From contig JAILEQ010000118.1 of the NCBI GenBank assembly GCA_024687305.1, positions 2,759-66,758 of the forward strand: a stretch of DNA of 64,000 bases, written 5' to 3'. Below are positions 52,430 through 61,921 of this stretch, one piece after another. The DNA comes from Lachnospiraceae bacterium (GTDB taxonomy: Bacteria; Bacillota; Clostridia; Lachnospirales; Lachnospiraceae). A program made the position numbers and the translations under genes. The notes below the pieces were generated by a model. The model did not search any database. It had not been told where the DNA came from and saw only the letters and a list, made by a program, of their open reading frames with translations. The first letter of the stretch is position 1, and every line of letters begins with the position of its first letter.

Positions 52430-55027
52430 TTAGTGTGCCTCATACCAGTCTTTGCCGACACCCATCCCAACTTCCAGAGATACGCTTAATTTAGCGGCAT
52501 TTTGCATTTCATAAGCAACGATCTCTTTTACCTTTTCAAGTTCCGATTCATATGTTTCCACCAAAACTTCGTCGTGAACCTGGATAAGAAGTTTGGACTT
52601 AAGTCCGTTGTCTTTAAACGCTCTGAAGATGTTGATCATCGCTATCTTCATGATATCCGCGGCAGTTCCCTGCAAAGGAGCGTTCATGGCAACTCTCTCA
52701 CCGAAAGATCTTCGCATAAAGTTGGAATCTTTCAGCTCCGGAATGGGTCTTATTCTGCCAAATAAAGTGACCGTGCCTCCCTTTTCTTTGGCCTCCGATA
52801 CCGATCCATCCATGAATTTCTTGACTTTTGGATATGTTTCAAAATAATCCTGAATGTATTTCTTGGCATCTTTCATCGATATTGAAAGATCCCTGCTGAG
52901 TCCGTACGAACTGATACCGTATATAATTCCGAAATTGACGGCTTTTGCATTTCTTCTGTCAAGTTCTGTAACTTCGTCAAAAGGTTTATTGAACACAAGG
53001 CTCGCGGTTGCGCGGTGAATGTCTTTATTGTCTTTATACGCCTCAATAAGCTTCTCATCCCCCGACATATGAGCCATGAGTCTCAATTCTATCTGAGAAT
53101 AATCGGCATCAACAAATACACAGCCCTCTTTGGGATAAAATACTTTTCTGAGTTCCCTTCCGAGTTCTGTCCTTATTGGGATATTCTGAAGATTGGGCTC
53201 CGTGGAACTTATTCTTCCCGTAGCGGTTATCGTCTGATTAAAATGCGTATGTATGCGACCGTCATCGCCTATAAAACCTTTGAGACCCTCGGCATAAGTC
53301 GATTTAAGCTTCGCATACGTTCTGTATTCAAGAATATCACTGACTATAGGATAGTCCAAAGAAAGCTTCTCAAGAACATCTGCCGCAGTCGAATACCCTG
53401 TTTTGGTCTTCTTGCCGCCTTCTATGCCAAGTTTTTCAAACAGTATCTCTCCAAGCTGTTTGGGAGAATTGATATTAAACTCGCAGCCCGCCTGTTCATA
53501 TATCTTCTTTTCAAGTTTATCTATTGAAGCGCTCAATCTGTCCGAATATACTTCAAGCGCTTTTTTATCTACAAGAACGCCCTCTTTTTCCATGGAATAA
53601 AGCACAAACGAAAGGGGCATCTCAATATCAAAGAAAAGCCTATCCATGCCAAGCTTTTTAACTTCCGAAAGCAAAACATCTTTACAAAGGATCGCATTTT
53701 CGGCGCAAAGGCAGGAATAATAAATCTTATCGCTCACGGCTTCTTTGTACGGTTTTGTATATCTTGAAATATAACGTTCTGCAACATCCGCACTGTTATA
53801 ATCTCCCTTCAGCGGATCGATAAGATACGCAAGTATCTCGCAGTCAAACATTGCAGGCCTGTATTCACCGATATAATCGTAGCATCGCTTTATATCAAAT
53901 GTAGCAATGCTCTTCGTATTAAGAAGAGCTTTTGTAAGGTTTTCCGACAAGAAATCCTTCGTTACAAAGAAGACTTCATGCAAAAAGAAAGTTTTCCCCT
54001 TTCCGAAAGAAACGGCTACACCTTCATCGCATGCATATATACCCAATTCCGATAGTTTGGAAGCCGCATCGATCTTTTCCTGTACCAAGGAGAGATCGTC
54101 GATTATTTCGTAAGAAAGCTCCTCATTTGAAACAGTAACTTCCTTGGAACTCTCGGCATTCTCGATTGCCTCAAGTTTTGAGATCACACTCTTTAACTCG
54201 TATTTCCTTAAGATCTCAAGCGAATTGTCATTTATGTAATCAAACATCGCACAATCTTTAAGATCAACATCAATCGGTGCATTGATCTCAATGGTTGCCA
54301 GCGTACGCGAAAGAAAAGCCTTTTCTTTATCATTGATAAGGTTTTCTTTTAACTTGCCTTTCTGATCGTCTATGTGCTCGTAAACTCCCTCGAGACTCTT
54401 GTAAGTTGCTATAAGACTTTGTGCGGTCTTTTCGCCGACCTTGGTAACGCCGGGAATATTGTCGCTCGAATCGCCTTGAAGTGCTTTGACGTCAATAAAC
54501 TCTGTGGGAGTAACACCGTAAGCGGCCACCACATCCTTTGTATTGTAATTAAACGTCTCGGTCTTTCCGCCCACAGTCTTGGGAATCGAGATCGTAATAT
54601 TGTCGCTTGCAATCTGCAAAAGATCCCTGTCACCGGATAAAACGGTTACAAGAAGGCCTTCCTTTTCGAAGCGTTTGGCCAGGGTACCCAGAATATCGTC
54701 AGCCTCGTATCCTTCCTTTTCAAGTACGGGAATACCCATGGACTTAAGAATCTCTCTTATGATTGGAAGCTGCTGCGTAAACTCTGCGGGAGCAGGCTTC
54801 CTGGTGCCTTTATATTCGGTGAAGATTTTATGACGGAACGTCGGAGCCTTCATATCGAAAGCAACGCAAAGATAGTCGGGATCCACTTCGGAAACGGTTT
54901 TTGAAAGAATATTAAAAAAGCCAAGTAACGCATTTGTATAAATGCCGTCTTTATTGGCAAGCAAAGGCAGGCCGTAATAGCCTCTGTTCATTATTGAATT
55001 TCCGTCTATAAGAAGAATTCTTTCCAT
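52430..55027 (-). CDS. polA: DNA polymerase I
   Basis: 5'-nuclease LIDGNS and EADD; polymerase motifs DYSQIELR, KAVNFGIIYG, QVHDE. Confidence 0.98.
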   Translation of the reverse strand: MERILLIDGNSIMNRGYYGLPLLANKDGIYTNALLGFFNILSKTVSEVDPDYLCVAFDMKAPTFRHKIFTEYKGTRKPAPAEFTQQLPIIREILKSMGIPVLEKEGYEADDILGTLAKRFEKEGLLVTVLSGDRDLLQIASDNITISIPKTVGGKTETFNYNTKDVVAAYGVTPTEFIDVKALQGDSSDNIPGVTKVGEKTAQSLIATYKSLEGVYEHIDDQKGKLKENLINDKEKAFLSRTLATIEINAPIDVDLKDCAMFDYINDNSLEILRKYELKSVISKLEAIENAESSKEVTVSNEELSYEIIDDLSLVQEKIDAASKLSELGIYACDEGVAVSFGKGKTFFLHEVFFVTKDFLSENLTKALLNTKSIATFDIKRCYDYIGEYRPAMFDCEILAYLIDPLKGDYNSADVAERYISRYTKPYKEAVSDKIYYSCLCAENAILCKDVLLSEVKKLGMDRLFFDIEMPLSFVLYSMEKEGVLVDKKALEVYSDRLSASIDKLEKKIYEQAGCEFNINSPKQLGEILFEKLGIEGGKKTKTGYSTAADVLEKLSLDYPIVSDILEYRTYAKLKSTYAEGLKGFIGDDGRIHTHFNQTITATGRISSTEPNLQNIPIRTELGRELRKVFYPKEGCVFVDADYSQIELRLMAHMSGDEKLIEAYKDNKDIHRATASLVFNKPFDEVTELDRRNAKAVNFGIIYGISSYGLSRDLSISMKDAKKYIQDYFETYPKVKKFMDGSVSEAKEKGGTVTLFGRIRPIPELKDSNFMRRSFGERVAMNAPLQGTAADIMKIAMINIFRAFKDNGLKSKLLIQVHDEVLVETYESELEKVKEIVAYEMQNAAKLSVSLEVGMGVGKDWYEAH

Positions 55028-55042
55028 TTCGATCCTGTGATT

Positions 55043-55378
55043 TTAAAGAAAAATGAGTAATAATGCCAAAAAGAATGTGGCGAAGCCGATAAAAAATACG
55101 CCAAGGTGCATTCTTTCGGTAACGTCTTTTTTGTACAAAGACATAACCGTCTGACGCCTTCGCTTATCAAGCTCACTGTCTACGTTAAGATCTATTATCT
55201 CGTCAAGATTGTTAAGTCCGACCGCTACCATATGCTGTATGGTAAGCTCTTCTCTGCAGGAAGGGCATTTCTTAACGTGATCGATCAAAGCAATAGTTTC
55301 TTCATCCGAAAGTGTCTTGTTAAGATACATCGGGATCTGCTTTTCATATTGTCTGCAACTTAATAATTCTTCGCCCAT
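55043..55378 (-). CDS. zf-HC2 (zinc anti-sigma-like) membrane protein
   Basis: C...HVKKCPSC (HxxxCxxC) and a C-terminal TM helix. Confidence 0.82.
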   Translation of the reverse strand: MGEELLSCRQYEKQIPMYLNKTLSDEETIALIDHVKKCPSCREELTIQHMVAVGLNNLDEIIDLNVDSELDKRRRQTVMSLYKKDVTERMHLGVFFIGFATFFLALLLIFL

Positions 55379-55482
55379 TTATAAACCCAAAATGAATAGT
55401 AAAAACCAATATTTATTCTACACCATAAGGGATGATTTGCCAAACAAAAAGCGCAACGATTTTAAACCGCTGCGCTTTAACT

Positions 55483-56358
55483 TTAAACCAAATACCGTTT
55501 CAAAAATTCAATCTGATCTGCGTTGCATTTCTTGCCAAGTTCCGACCTTATATCAATAAAAAACACATGATATGTTTGCTCATCACCGTAAATCTCCGCT
55601 TTACATTCAACTCCGGCATCTTCAAGCACCTTCTTCATGGGATCAAGATTCTTTACAAGAAAATCTCCCGGTGAACTGATAAGAAAGCTCGGAGGATAAT
55701 TAGCATCTATATGTTCGGTTATTTTAAGCATATCTCCAAACTTTGAAGGATCTTTCGTAAGATATATTTTCTCGATTTCTCTTGTATTACTGCCTTCTGT
55801 CGACAACGAATAGATACCGCAGCCCAAAGACAATGCTCTCAGTCTAAACTGAGGAACTTCAATACCGATTATCTTTGCATATTCGGGGTTGGACACACAA
55901 ACGGCATACTGACTCGCGATCTGCGCTCCTGCCGAATCCCCTATCATAACAACATTTTCAAGATCAAACCCATACTTTTCGGCATTATCTGCCGCCCACT
56001 TAAGAACTTCATTCGTTTCAATAACGGGATTGGGAAAAGTAATCTTCGGAGCAAGCGTATAATTGAAATTGATAACGGCAAATCCGGCTTTGGCAAACTC
56101 CATAGTATAAAAAGAATAAAGTTCCTTATCACCGTAAATATATCCGCCGCCATGACAGCTCACAAGAAGCGGCAGCCTTCCTTCCGCATTTTTAGGCTTA
56201 TATACATCAAGGCTGTTTTCAATTCCGCCTTTGCCGTAATAAAGATCTTTAAAAACATCGATCTCTTCGGGCACAGTAAGCCCCGCATCACGCTTTGCGT
56301 CGTTCTTCGTACAATTCTTATTAAATGTACGGATAAATATCCTTTGTTTTAAATTCAT
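55483..56358 (-). CDS. Alpha/beta hydrolase esterase (HSL-like)
   Basis: HGGG; GDSAG; C-terminal D and H of the catalytic triad. Confidence 0.92.
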   Translation of the reverse strand: MNLKQRIFIRTFNKNCTKNDAKRDAGLTVPEEIDVFKDLYYGKGGIENSLDVYKPKNAEGRLPLLVSCHGGGYIYGDKELYSFYTMEFAKAGFAVINFNYTLAPKITFPNPVIETNEVLKWAADNAEKYGFDLENVVMIGDSAGAQIASQYAVCVSNPEYAKIIGIEVPQFRLRALSLGCGIYSLSTEGSNTREIEKIYLTKDPSKFGDMLKITEHIDANYPPSFLISSPGDFLVKNLDPMKKVLEDAGVECKAEIYGDEQTYHVFFIDIRSELGKKCNADQIEFLKRYLV

Positions 56359-56448
56359 AACGCAGCCCCCTACATTTTTTCATCATTATAGCACAGATTT
56401 TTGATAGACATTACGAACTTAATATGATAATATTTGTTTTGTTGATGC

Positions 56449-56531
56449 GCCGGCATGTCGGAATGGCAGACGAGGCAGACTCAAAATCTGTTGTTGGCAA
56501 CAACGTGTGGGTTCAAGTCCCACTGCCGGCA
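56449..56531 (+). tRNA. tRNA-Leu (CAA), CCA not encoded
   Basis: Acceptor GCCGGCA/TGCCGGC; D-loop GGAATGGCAGAC; anticodon arm GCAGA-CTCAAAA-TCTGT; long variable arm; T arm GTGGG-TTCAAGT-CCCAC. Confidence 0.97.
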
Positions 56532-56744
56532 GGCTAATATACTAAAAGAGGGATCGGTTGATCCCTCTTTTACTATATTAAGCTCCGATAAGACCTTGAA
56601 ACCAAGGTTCAAGGTCTCCTCGGAGCAAAGCTCCTGCGTCGGTCGGTTCGACGGGAAAAAGGTCCACCGGACCTTTTTCTGCTTTCGTCTCACCACTGCC
56701 GGCAGGCTAATATACTAAAAGAGGGATCGGTTGATCCCTCTTTT
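56520..56744 (+). repeat. Perfect 52-bp direct repeat (56520-56571 and 56693-56744) flanking a 121-bp multi-hairpin insert
   Basis: Both copies read CCACTGCCGGCAGGCTAATATACTAAAAGAGGGATCGGTTGATCCCTCTTTT, i.e. the tRNA 3' end plus its terminator. Confidence 0.95.
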
Positions 56745-56747
56745 GCA

Positions 56748-57416
56748 TCATATATTATCAATCTTCCAATCAATGCCTTTAACACCGTGGCTTTCAAGGA
56801 ATTCGTTTGCTTTTTTGAAATGTCCGCAGCCAAAGAATCCGTTGTAAGCCGACAAGGGAGACGGATGTACCGTTTCAAGCACAAGGTGATTGGGGTTCGT
56901 GATAAGCGATCTCTTGGCTTTCGCATTGCCACCCCATAAAAAGTATACGATGGGTCTGTCCTGGGTGTTTACGGCCCGTATAACGGCATCTGTGAAGTTC
57001 TCCCAGCCTTTTCCCTTATGTGAGTTTGCGACCCCGCATTTGACCGTTAAAACGGTGTTGAGTAACAACACGCCCTGATCTGCCCACTTTTTAAGGTAAC
57101 CGTTATTGGGTATGTCATAACCGTACTCATCTTTAAGCTCTTTATACATGTTCTGAAGCGACGGCGGAGTCTTCACTCCGGGAAGCACCGAAAAAGAAAG
57201 ACCGTGCGCCTGCCCGGGTTCATGATAAGGATCCTGTCCCACCAAAACCACCTTAACATTAGAGATCGGAGTATATTTAAGAGCATTGAATATATCATCC
57301 GCAGGCGGAAACACCAAAGATTCCGAGTATGCTTTTTTTACAAATTCAAACAGGTCTTTGTAATATTCTTTTCTGAACTCAGGCTTCAGATATTCAAGCC
57401 AATCATTATCGATCAA
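56748..57416 (-). CDS. ung: Uracil-DNA glycosylase family 1
   Basis: GQDPYH; AHGLSFS; [11 protein letters not shown]; HPSPLS. Confidence 0.97.
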   Translation of the reverse strand: MIDNDWLEYLKPEFRKEYYKDLFEFVKKAYSESLVFPPADDIFNALKYTPISNVKVVLVGQDPYHEPGQAHGLSFSVLPGVKTPPSLQNMYKELKDEYGYDIPNNGYLKKWADQGVLLLNTVLTVKCGVANSHKGKGWENFTDAVIRAVNTQDRPIVYFLWGGNAKAKRSLITNPNHLVLETVHPSPLSAYNGFFGCGHFKKANEFLESHGVKGIDWKIDNI

Positions 57417-57464
57417 AGTAATTACCGTCCTTAAGAAAACGTGTGTTATAAAACCTGCGATGCT

Positions 57465-58226
57465 CTAGATTCTTACGGAAACACCTCTGCTTTTTAAATA
57501 CTGCTTAACTTCACCGACAGACAACTCTTTAAAGTGGAAAAGCGAAGCCGCAAGCGCCGCATCGGCGTGTCCTTTATCGAAAGCATCATAGAAATGTTCA
57601 AGGCTGCCCGCACCACCCGAAGCTATGACAGGTACATTTACACTGTCCGAGATGATACGTGTAAGTTCATTATCGAAACCGTTTTTGGTTCCGTCACAAT
57701 CCATACTTGTAAGAAGAATTTCTCCCGCTCCGAGCTCAACGCCCTTCTTTGCCCATTCTACGGCATCAATTCCCATGTTTACACGGCCGCCGTTTTTATA
57801 TATCTCCCAGCCTGTTCCGTCGGGTTTTCTTTTTGCATCAATGGCTAAAACAACGCACTGGCTACCGAATTTGTCGGCTGCATCGGCGATAAGATCGGGA
57901 TTCATGATAGCGGCGGAGTTTACCGCAACTTTATCGGCACCTTCTCTAAGTATCTTTTTAAAATCATCGACCGTTCTTATTCCGCCACCGACAGTAAAGG
58001 GAATAAAAAGTTTCCTTGCAACACTTCTTACCATATCGACAACGGTATCTCTATTGTCGCTTGAAGCTGTTATATCAAGGAAAACAAGCTCGTCGGCACC
58101 TTCCTTGTCGTAGATCATTGCCTGCTCCACGGCATCGCCGGCATCTATTAAGTTAACAAAATTTACGCCTTTAACTACTCTTCCGTCCTTTACGTCAAGA
58201 CACGGAATGATCCTTTTTGTATACAC
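57465..58226 (-). CDS. hisF: Imidazole glycerol phosphate synthase, cyclase subunit
   Basis: RIIPCLDV; VVKGVNF; LTSMDCDGT; ASGGAG. Confidence 0.97.
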   Translation of the reverse strand: MYTKRIIPCLDVKDGRVVKGVNFVNLIDAGDAVEQAMIYDKEGADELVFLDITASSDNRDTVVDMVRSVARKLFIPFTVGGGIRTVDDFKKILREGADKVAVNSAAIMNPDLIADAADKFGSQCVVLAIDAKRKPDGTGWEIYKNGGRVNMGIDAVEWAKKGVELGAGEILLTSMDCDGTKNGFDNELTRIISDSVNVPVIASGGAGSLEHFYDAFDKGHADAALAASLFHFKELSVGEVKQYLKSRGVSVRI

Positions 58227-58235
58227 GATTGACTC

Positions 58236-58841
58236 CTATAAATTCACGAAATTTTCCAGTATCTTCATTCCTACGTTTGAGCTTTTTTCGGGATGGAACT
58301 GACATCCGAAAATATTACCGCTCTCACAAGCCGCATGAAAAACATTACCGTATTCGCATGTGGCGGCAACTATCGATTCATCTTCGGCCTGAACGTAAAA
58401 TGAATGGACAAAATATACGTAAGAATCATCTTTTAAACCGTCAAAAATCTTGGTGGGTCTTTGAAATGTAAGACTGTTCCAGCCGATCTGCGGGATCTTG
58501 AGACCATACTTGTCGTCAAATCTGAGACACTTCCCTTTAAACAGACCAAGTCCTTTAAACCCGGGTGCCTCCTCGCTTTCTTCAAACATAAGCTGATAAC
58601 CAAGACATATTCCAAGAAAAGGCTTATTAAGGGCGACAAATTTGTGGATGACCTCAAAAAGGCCGTATTCTTCAAGTCTTTTAACAGCGTCACCAAAATT
58701 GCCGACGCCCGGCAAAACGGCTTTATCGGCGCCTAAAATCACATCTTTGTCGCGAGTGATCACAACTTCCTCGCCAAGATATTCAAATGCTTTTTCAACG
58801 CTCTTTATATTTCCTGCGTCATAATCTATCAAAGCTATCAT
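58236..58841 (-). CDS. hisH: Imidazole glycerol phosphate synthase, glutaminase subunit
   Basis: LPGVG; GICLG; FVHSFY; QFHPEKS. Confidence 0.97.
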   Translation of the reverse strand: MIALIDYDAGNIKSVEKAFEYLGEEVVITRDKDVILGADKAVLPGVGNFGDAVKRLEEYGLFEVIHKFVALNKPFLGICLGYQLMFEESEEAPGFKGLGLFKGKCLRFDDKYGLKIPQIGWNSLTFQRPTKIFDGLKDDSYVYFVHSFYVQAEDESIVAATCEYGNVFHAACESGNIFGCQFHPEKSSNVGMKILENFVNL

Positions 58842-61223
58842 TTATAACTGTTCCTCGGGTAAAACATCTTCAAAATTCATTTCGAGCGGATCGGGCTCCG
58901 GAACAAAAGGCTCCGGAAGCGGCGCATTAGGGTCTATATATTCGGTATGATTCGCTATCGACTCAACCATGAGCGAATATTCAAGATCCGTAGGCATTGC
59001 ATTTATCTCTTTAGCCCTGTCCAAAGTAAGATCGTATGTTACGCTAAGAGCTGTAACGATCTTTTCGTATTCGGCATTGAATGCATCCTTACATCCGCAG
59101 ACTTCTGCAATATAAAGCCATTCTTCGTATCTCGCCACAGCTTGTAACAGCTGATCGAGAGCTTCGGTCCTCATTCCCATCCTGTTATAACTTAGGAAAG
59201 CATCGTATTTATGGCCCATCTTTAAGATTATTTCCGACCGGTCAAACAATAACTGATCGCCTTCACTTAATTTTTCGCCGAACAATGCGGTATATGTAGC
59301 CTCGTAATCGCCCTTATAATATGCTTTTCTGGCCTGTTCTTTATTGATCATTGCCGGAACAAGCTTGATAAACAGCATAAGAAGCAAAAGAAGCGTAGCC
59401 GCCATTACGAATATCTTTCTGACATTCTTTTTGTTTAACGGCTTGGAATTATCCGGTTCTTCTTCCTTGGGTTTTTTCTCTTTCTTTACTTTTTCCTTTT
59501 TCGGCTTTTTCTTCTTCTTTCCGCCGCCTTCTTCGTCGCCCTCGTCACCGCCTTCGTCGCCTTCTTTTGCGGCGCCTTTCTTGGCTTTCTTATCTTTCTT
59601 GGGCTTCTTCTTGCCTTTTTTATCTCCTTCTTTGTCTATCTCATCAAGTATTTCCTTGTTTTCGCCCTGAACACCTTCAAAGCCGAATTCTCCGTTTTCG
59701 CCTTCGGCATTTGCGGGAACATCTTCATCGGATGCGGTCAAAAACGAGATAAACTTTGAAAAAGCACTCTGTTTCTTCTCGGGAATAGTCTCATTAAGAG
59801 CGTCGATATCGATCTCTCCTTCGAGATCCTCGCGAATGGCGCCTTTTTTCTTTATACCCTTTTCCTTTTTCTTCTTCTTTTTCTTATCTTTACCTTCAGA
59901 ATCTTCTTCCGAAGCGTTTTCGCTTTCAGCTTTTTTTGCAGCCTCTTCCTCTTCGGCCTGACGCTTTGACTCCATCGAAAGAAGATTCATAAGATCGTCA
60001 TCTTCGTTAAGGCTGAAATCATTGTTGTCAGCGGTCTTCAAAAGGCTCGATATCTCATCAAGTTCTTCGGAGCTTTCGCCTAGTTCGGAAAGGTCTGCAT
60101 CTTTATTAAAAACGCCAAGTGACTCAAGCTGCGAAAGATCGTTCATATCGACTTCGACCTCGCCCTGAGGTTCACTCTCGTCTTCGACGTTCTTGGCATC
60201 ATTTAACAGTTTTTCTATATCTTCCTGTGAAAGATCGGACATTGATTCGTCCGAACCCGGAACGGTATCGAGAGTATTGGTCATTTCAACCGTTTCGGCC
60301 TCAGATTTATCTTCGGCGTCAAGGCCTTCAAGTAATGCATCAAGGTCCAAAGAACTCTCTTCGTCTGCCTCTTCGTCTGTCGAAGCTTCTTCAGAAGGCT
60401 GCTCCAAAACATCACCGGGAATCTCCTCTGAAACAGTTTCTTCAGCAGGTTCTTCTGTGGCCTCAGCAGACAAAACATCATCTAAAGGTAATTCCTCGAT
60501 AGGAACTTCAACTTCACCGGTTACTGCATCTAAGATCGGTTGCTCTTCGGCAGCAGGCTCCTCCGCAACAGGCTCTTCTATAACAGGCTCTTCTACGGCC
60601 GGTTCTTCTGCTACGACAGCCTCTTCTGCCACATTTGCCGATTCAAACATTGCCGCGATCTGATCTGCGGAAAGCATGGTGTTGGGATCTACGGGGGTTT
60701 CTTCAACTGCAGGCTCTTCTACAGCCGGTTCTTCTGCTACGACAGGTTCTTCCGTACCAGGTTCCTCTGCTGAAATATCACCGATCGACTCAAGCAGCGA
60801 TGCTATATCGTCCTGCGATATTGTTTCTTCCTCCGGAACTGCCTCTTCGGTAACAACAGGGTCTTCCGCAACGGATTCCTCTGCGGTTATATCTCCAAGT
60901 GAATTAAGCAGATCAGAAATATCTTCTTCAGAAGGCATTTCCACATCTGCTAAAGGTTCTTCTATAATAGGTTCTTCAACGACAACAGGTTCTTCTATAA
61001 CCCCGGGATCCTCTATTTCCAAGGGCTCCTCTGTAGTCTCAGGCGCTTCTTCAAGCGAGGGCTCATCAACCACGGTTTCTTCAACCACGGGCTCCTTAAT
61101 CGCTTCTTCAGCCGTATCAGCCTCTTCTGCCATCTGCTTTACGCGATTTATCGCAGAATCGGGCGCTATATCCTGTTGCGCCATTTTTAATAAGCTGTCT
61201 AAATAATCCTCATTACCGGGCAT
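58842..61223 (-). CDS. Large acidic low-complexity membrane protein of unknown function
   Basis: GAGG RBS; about 500 aa rich in E/D/P with EEP repeats, then Lys-rich blocks, one TM helix (IFVMAATLLLLLMLFIKLV) and a helical C-terminal domain. Confidence 0.85.
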   Translation of the reverse strand: MPGNEDYLDSLLKMAQQDIAPDSAINRVKQMAEEADTAEEAIKEPVVEETVVDEPSLEEAPETTEEPLEIEDPGVIEEPVVVEEPIIEEPLADVEMPSEEDISDLLNSLGDITAEESVAEDPVVTEEAVPEEETISQDDIASLLESIGDISAEEPGTEEPVVAEEPAVEEPAVEETPVDPNTMLSADQIAAMFESANVAEEAVVAEEPAVEEPVIEEPVAEEPAAEEQPILDAVTGEVEVPIEELPLDDVLSAEATEEPAEETVSEEIPGDVLEQPSEEASTDEEADEESSLDLDALLEGLDAEDKSEAETVEMTNTLDTVPGSDESMSDLSQEDIEKLLNDAKNVEDESEPQGEVEVDMNDLSQLESLGVFNKDADLSELGESSEELDEISSLLKTADNNDFSLNEDDDLMNLLSMESKRQAEEEEAAKKAESENASEEDSEGKDKKKKKKKEKGIKKKGAIREDLEGEIDIDALNETIPEKKQSAFSKFISFLTASDEDVPANAEGENGEFGFEGVQGENKEILDEIDKEGDKKGKKKPKKDKKAKKGAAKEGDEGGDEGDEEGGGKKKKKPKKEKVKKEKKPKEEEPDNSKPLNKKNVRKIFVMAATLLLLLMLFIKLVPAMINKEQARKAYYKGDYEATYTALFGEKLSEGDQLLFDRSEIILKMGHKYDAFLSYNRMGMRTEALDQLLQAVARYEEWLYIAEVCGCKDAFNAEYEKIVTALSVTYDLTLDRAKEINAMPTDLEYSLMVESIANHTEYIDPNAPLPEPFVPEPDPLEMNFEDVLPEEQL

Positions 61224-61274
61224 AAATTACCTCTTTTAATGATTTTTCGCTTAAAAATACATCAGTTTATTGTA

Positions 61275-61859
61275 TCATAACGAAATAAGCCATTCAACAG
61301 CGGACTGCTTGACGGATTCAGCTTTTGAAGCTATTTTTGCAGGAATCTGCCAAAGTTTTTCGTTAACCCTGATCATTTTGGCTTTATCGTTTATCATCGT
61401 TATCTTTTCAAATGGAAATCTTACAATCTGAGGAAAACGCAAGGTGCTGCCCAAGTCCAGTGTCAAAAGCTTTTTGTTAAGCGTTCCCGAGATCCACTTT
61501 TTATGCTTTTCCCACGAAGGCAGATATCCCTCTTCAACATAATTTTCCGCCAGAATGTTGTTGAAGACCAGCTCTTTTCCGCAATGTGGACAAACAGTTT
61601 CATCAACAGAAAAAAGATCATGCGTACAGGCATCCGGACATTGTTTAAACCGCTTGCCGCCAAGAGGGGCGACAATGCGCGATTCATCAAATCCTGCGCC
61701 GTATATCACATCATCCATGCAAAGCGAAACCAGAAATATATTTTTGCCTTCAAGCATCTTTGCAAGCTTTTTATAAGCTTCAGGTGCTTTTTCATTGCCG
61801 TCAAATTCCTCGCCTATACCGACAAGGATCATATCAAATTCTTCAAACATATCTTCCAT
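61275..61859 (-). CDS. Degenerate Sir2 (class M sirtuin-like) protein with Zn ribbon
   Basis: QCPDAC...CPHCG and KLLTLDLGS..FPQIVRFPFEK..AKMIRVN resemble class M sirtuins; catalytic motifs are eroded. Start uncertain (61850, 61859 or 61880). Confidence 0.65.
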   Translation of the reverse strand: MEDMFEEFDMILVGIGEEFDGNEKAPEAYKKLAKMLEGKNIFLVSLCMDDVIYGAGFDESRIVAPLGGKRFKQCPDACTHDLFSVDETVCPHCGKELVFNNILAENYVEEGYLPSWEKHKKWISGTLNKKLLTLDLGSTLRFPQIVRFPFEKITMINDKAKMIRVNEKLWQIPAKIASKAESVKQSAVEWLISL

Positions 61860-61882
61860 CCCATAACGTATTCTGTACAAAG

Positions 61883-61909
61883 AAAAATAGGCCGGAATAA
61901 TCCGGCCTA
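61883..61909 (-). terminator. Terminator after cheV
   Basis: TAGGCCGGA-ataa-TCCGGCCTA followed by TTTTCTTT on the minus strand. Confidence 0.75.
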
Positions 61910-61921
61910 AATATTCATATC

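Noticed and set aside
53600-54150. Degenerate 3'-5' exonuclease region of PolA
   Set aside because: Loss of proofreading motifs is normal for Firmicute Pol I.
56455-56932. Short ORFs over the tRNA and repeat, and the direct repeat as a mini-CRISPR
   Set aside because: The ORFs overlap the tRNA and terminators. The repeat has only two copies, is tRNA-derived, has a 121-bp spacer and has no cas genes nearby.
59344-61206. Ser-rich plus-strand ORFs and the 22-bp repeat at 60598 and 60724
   Set aside because: Antisense shadows and internal EEP-coding duplications of the acidic protein gene.
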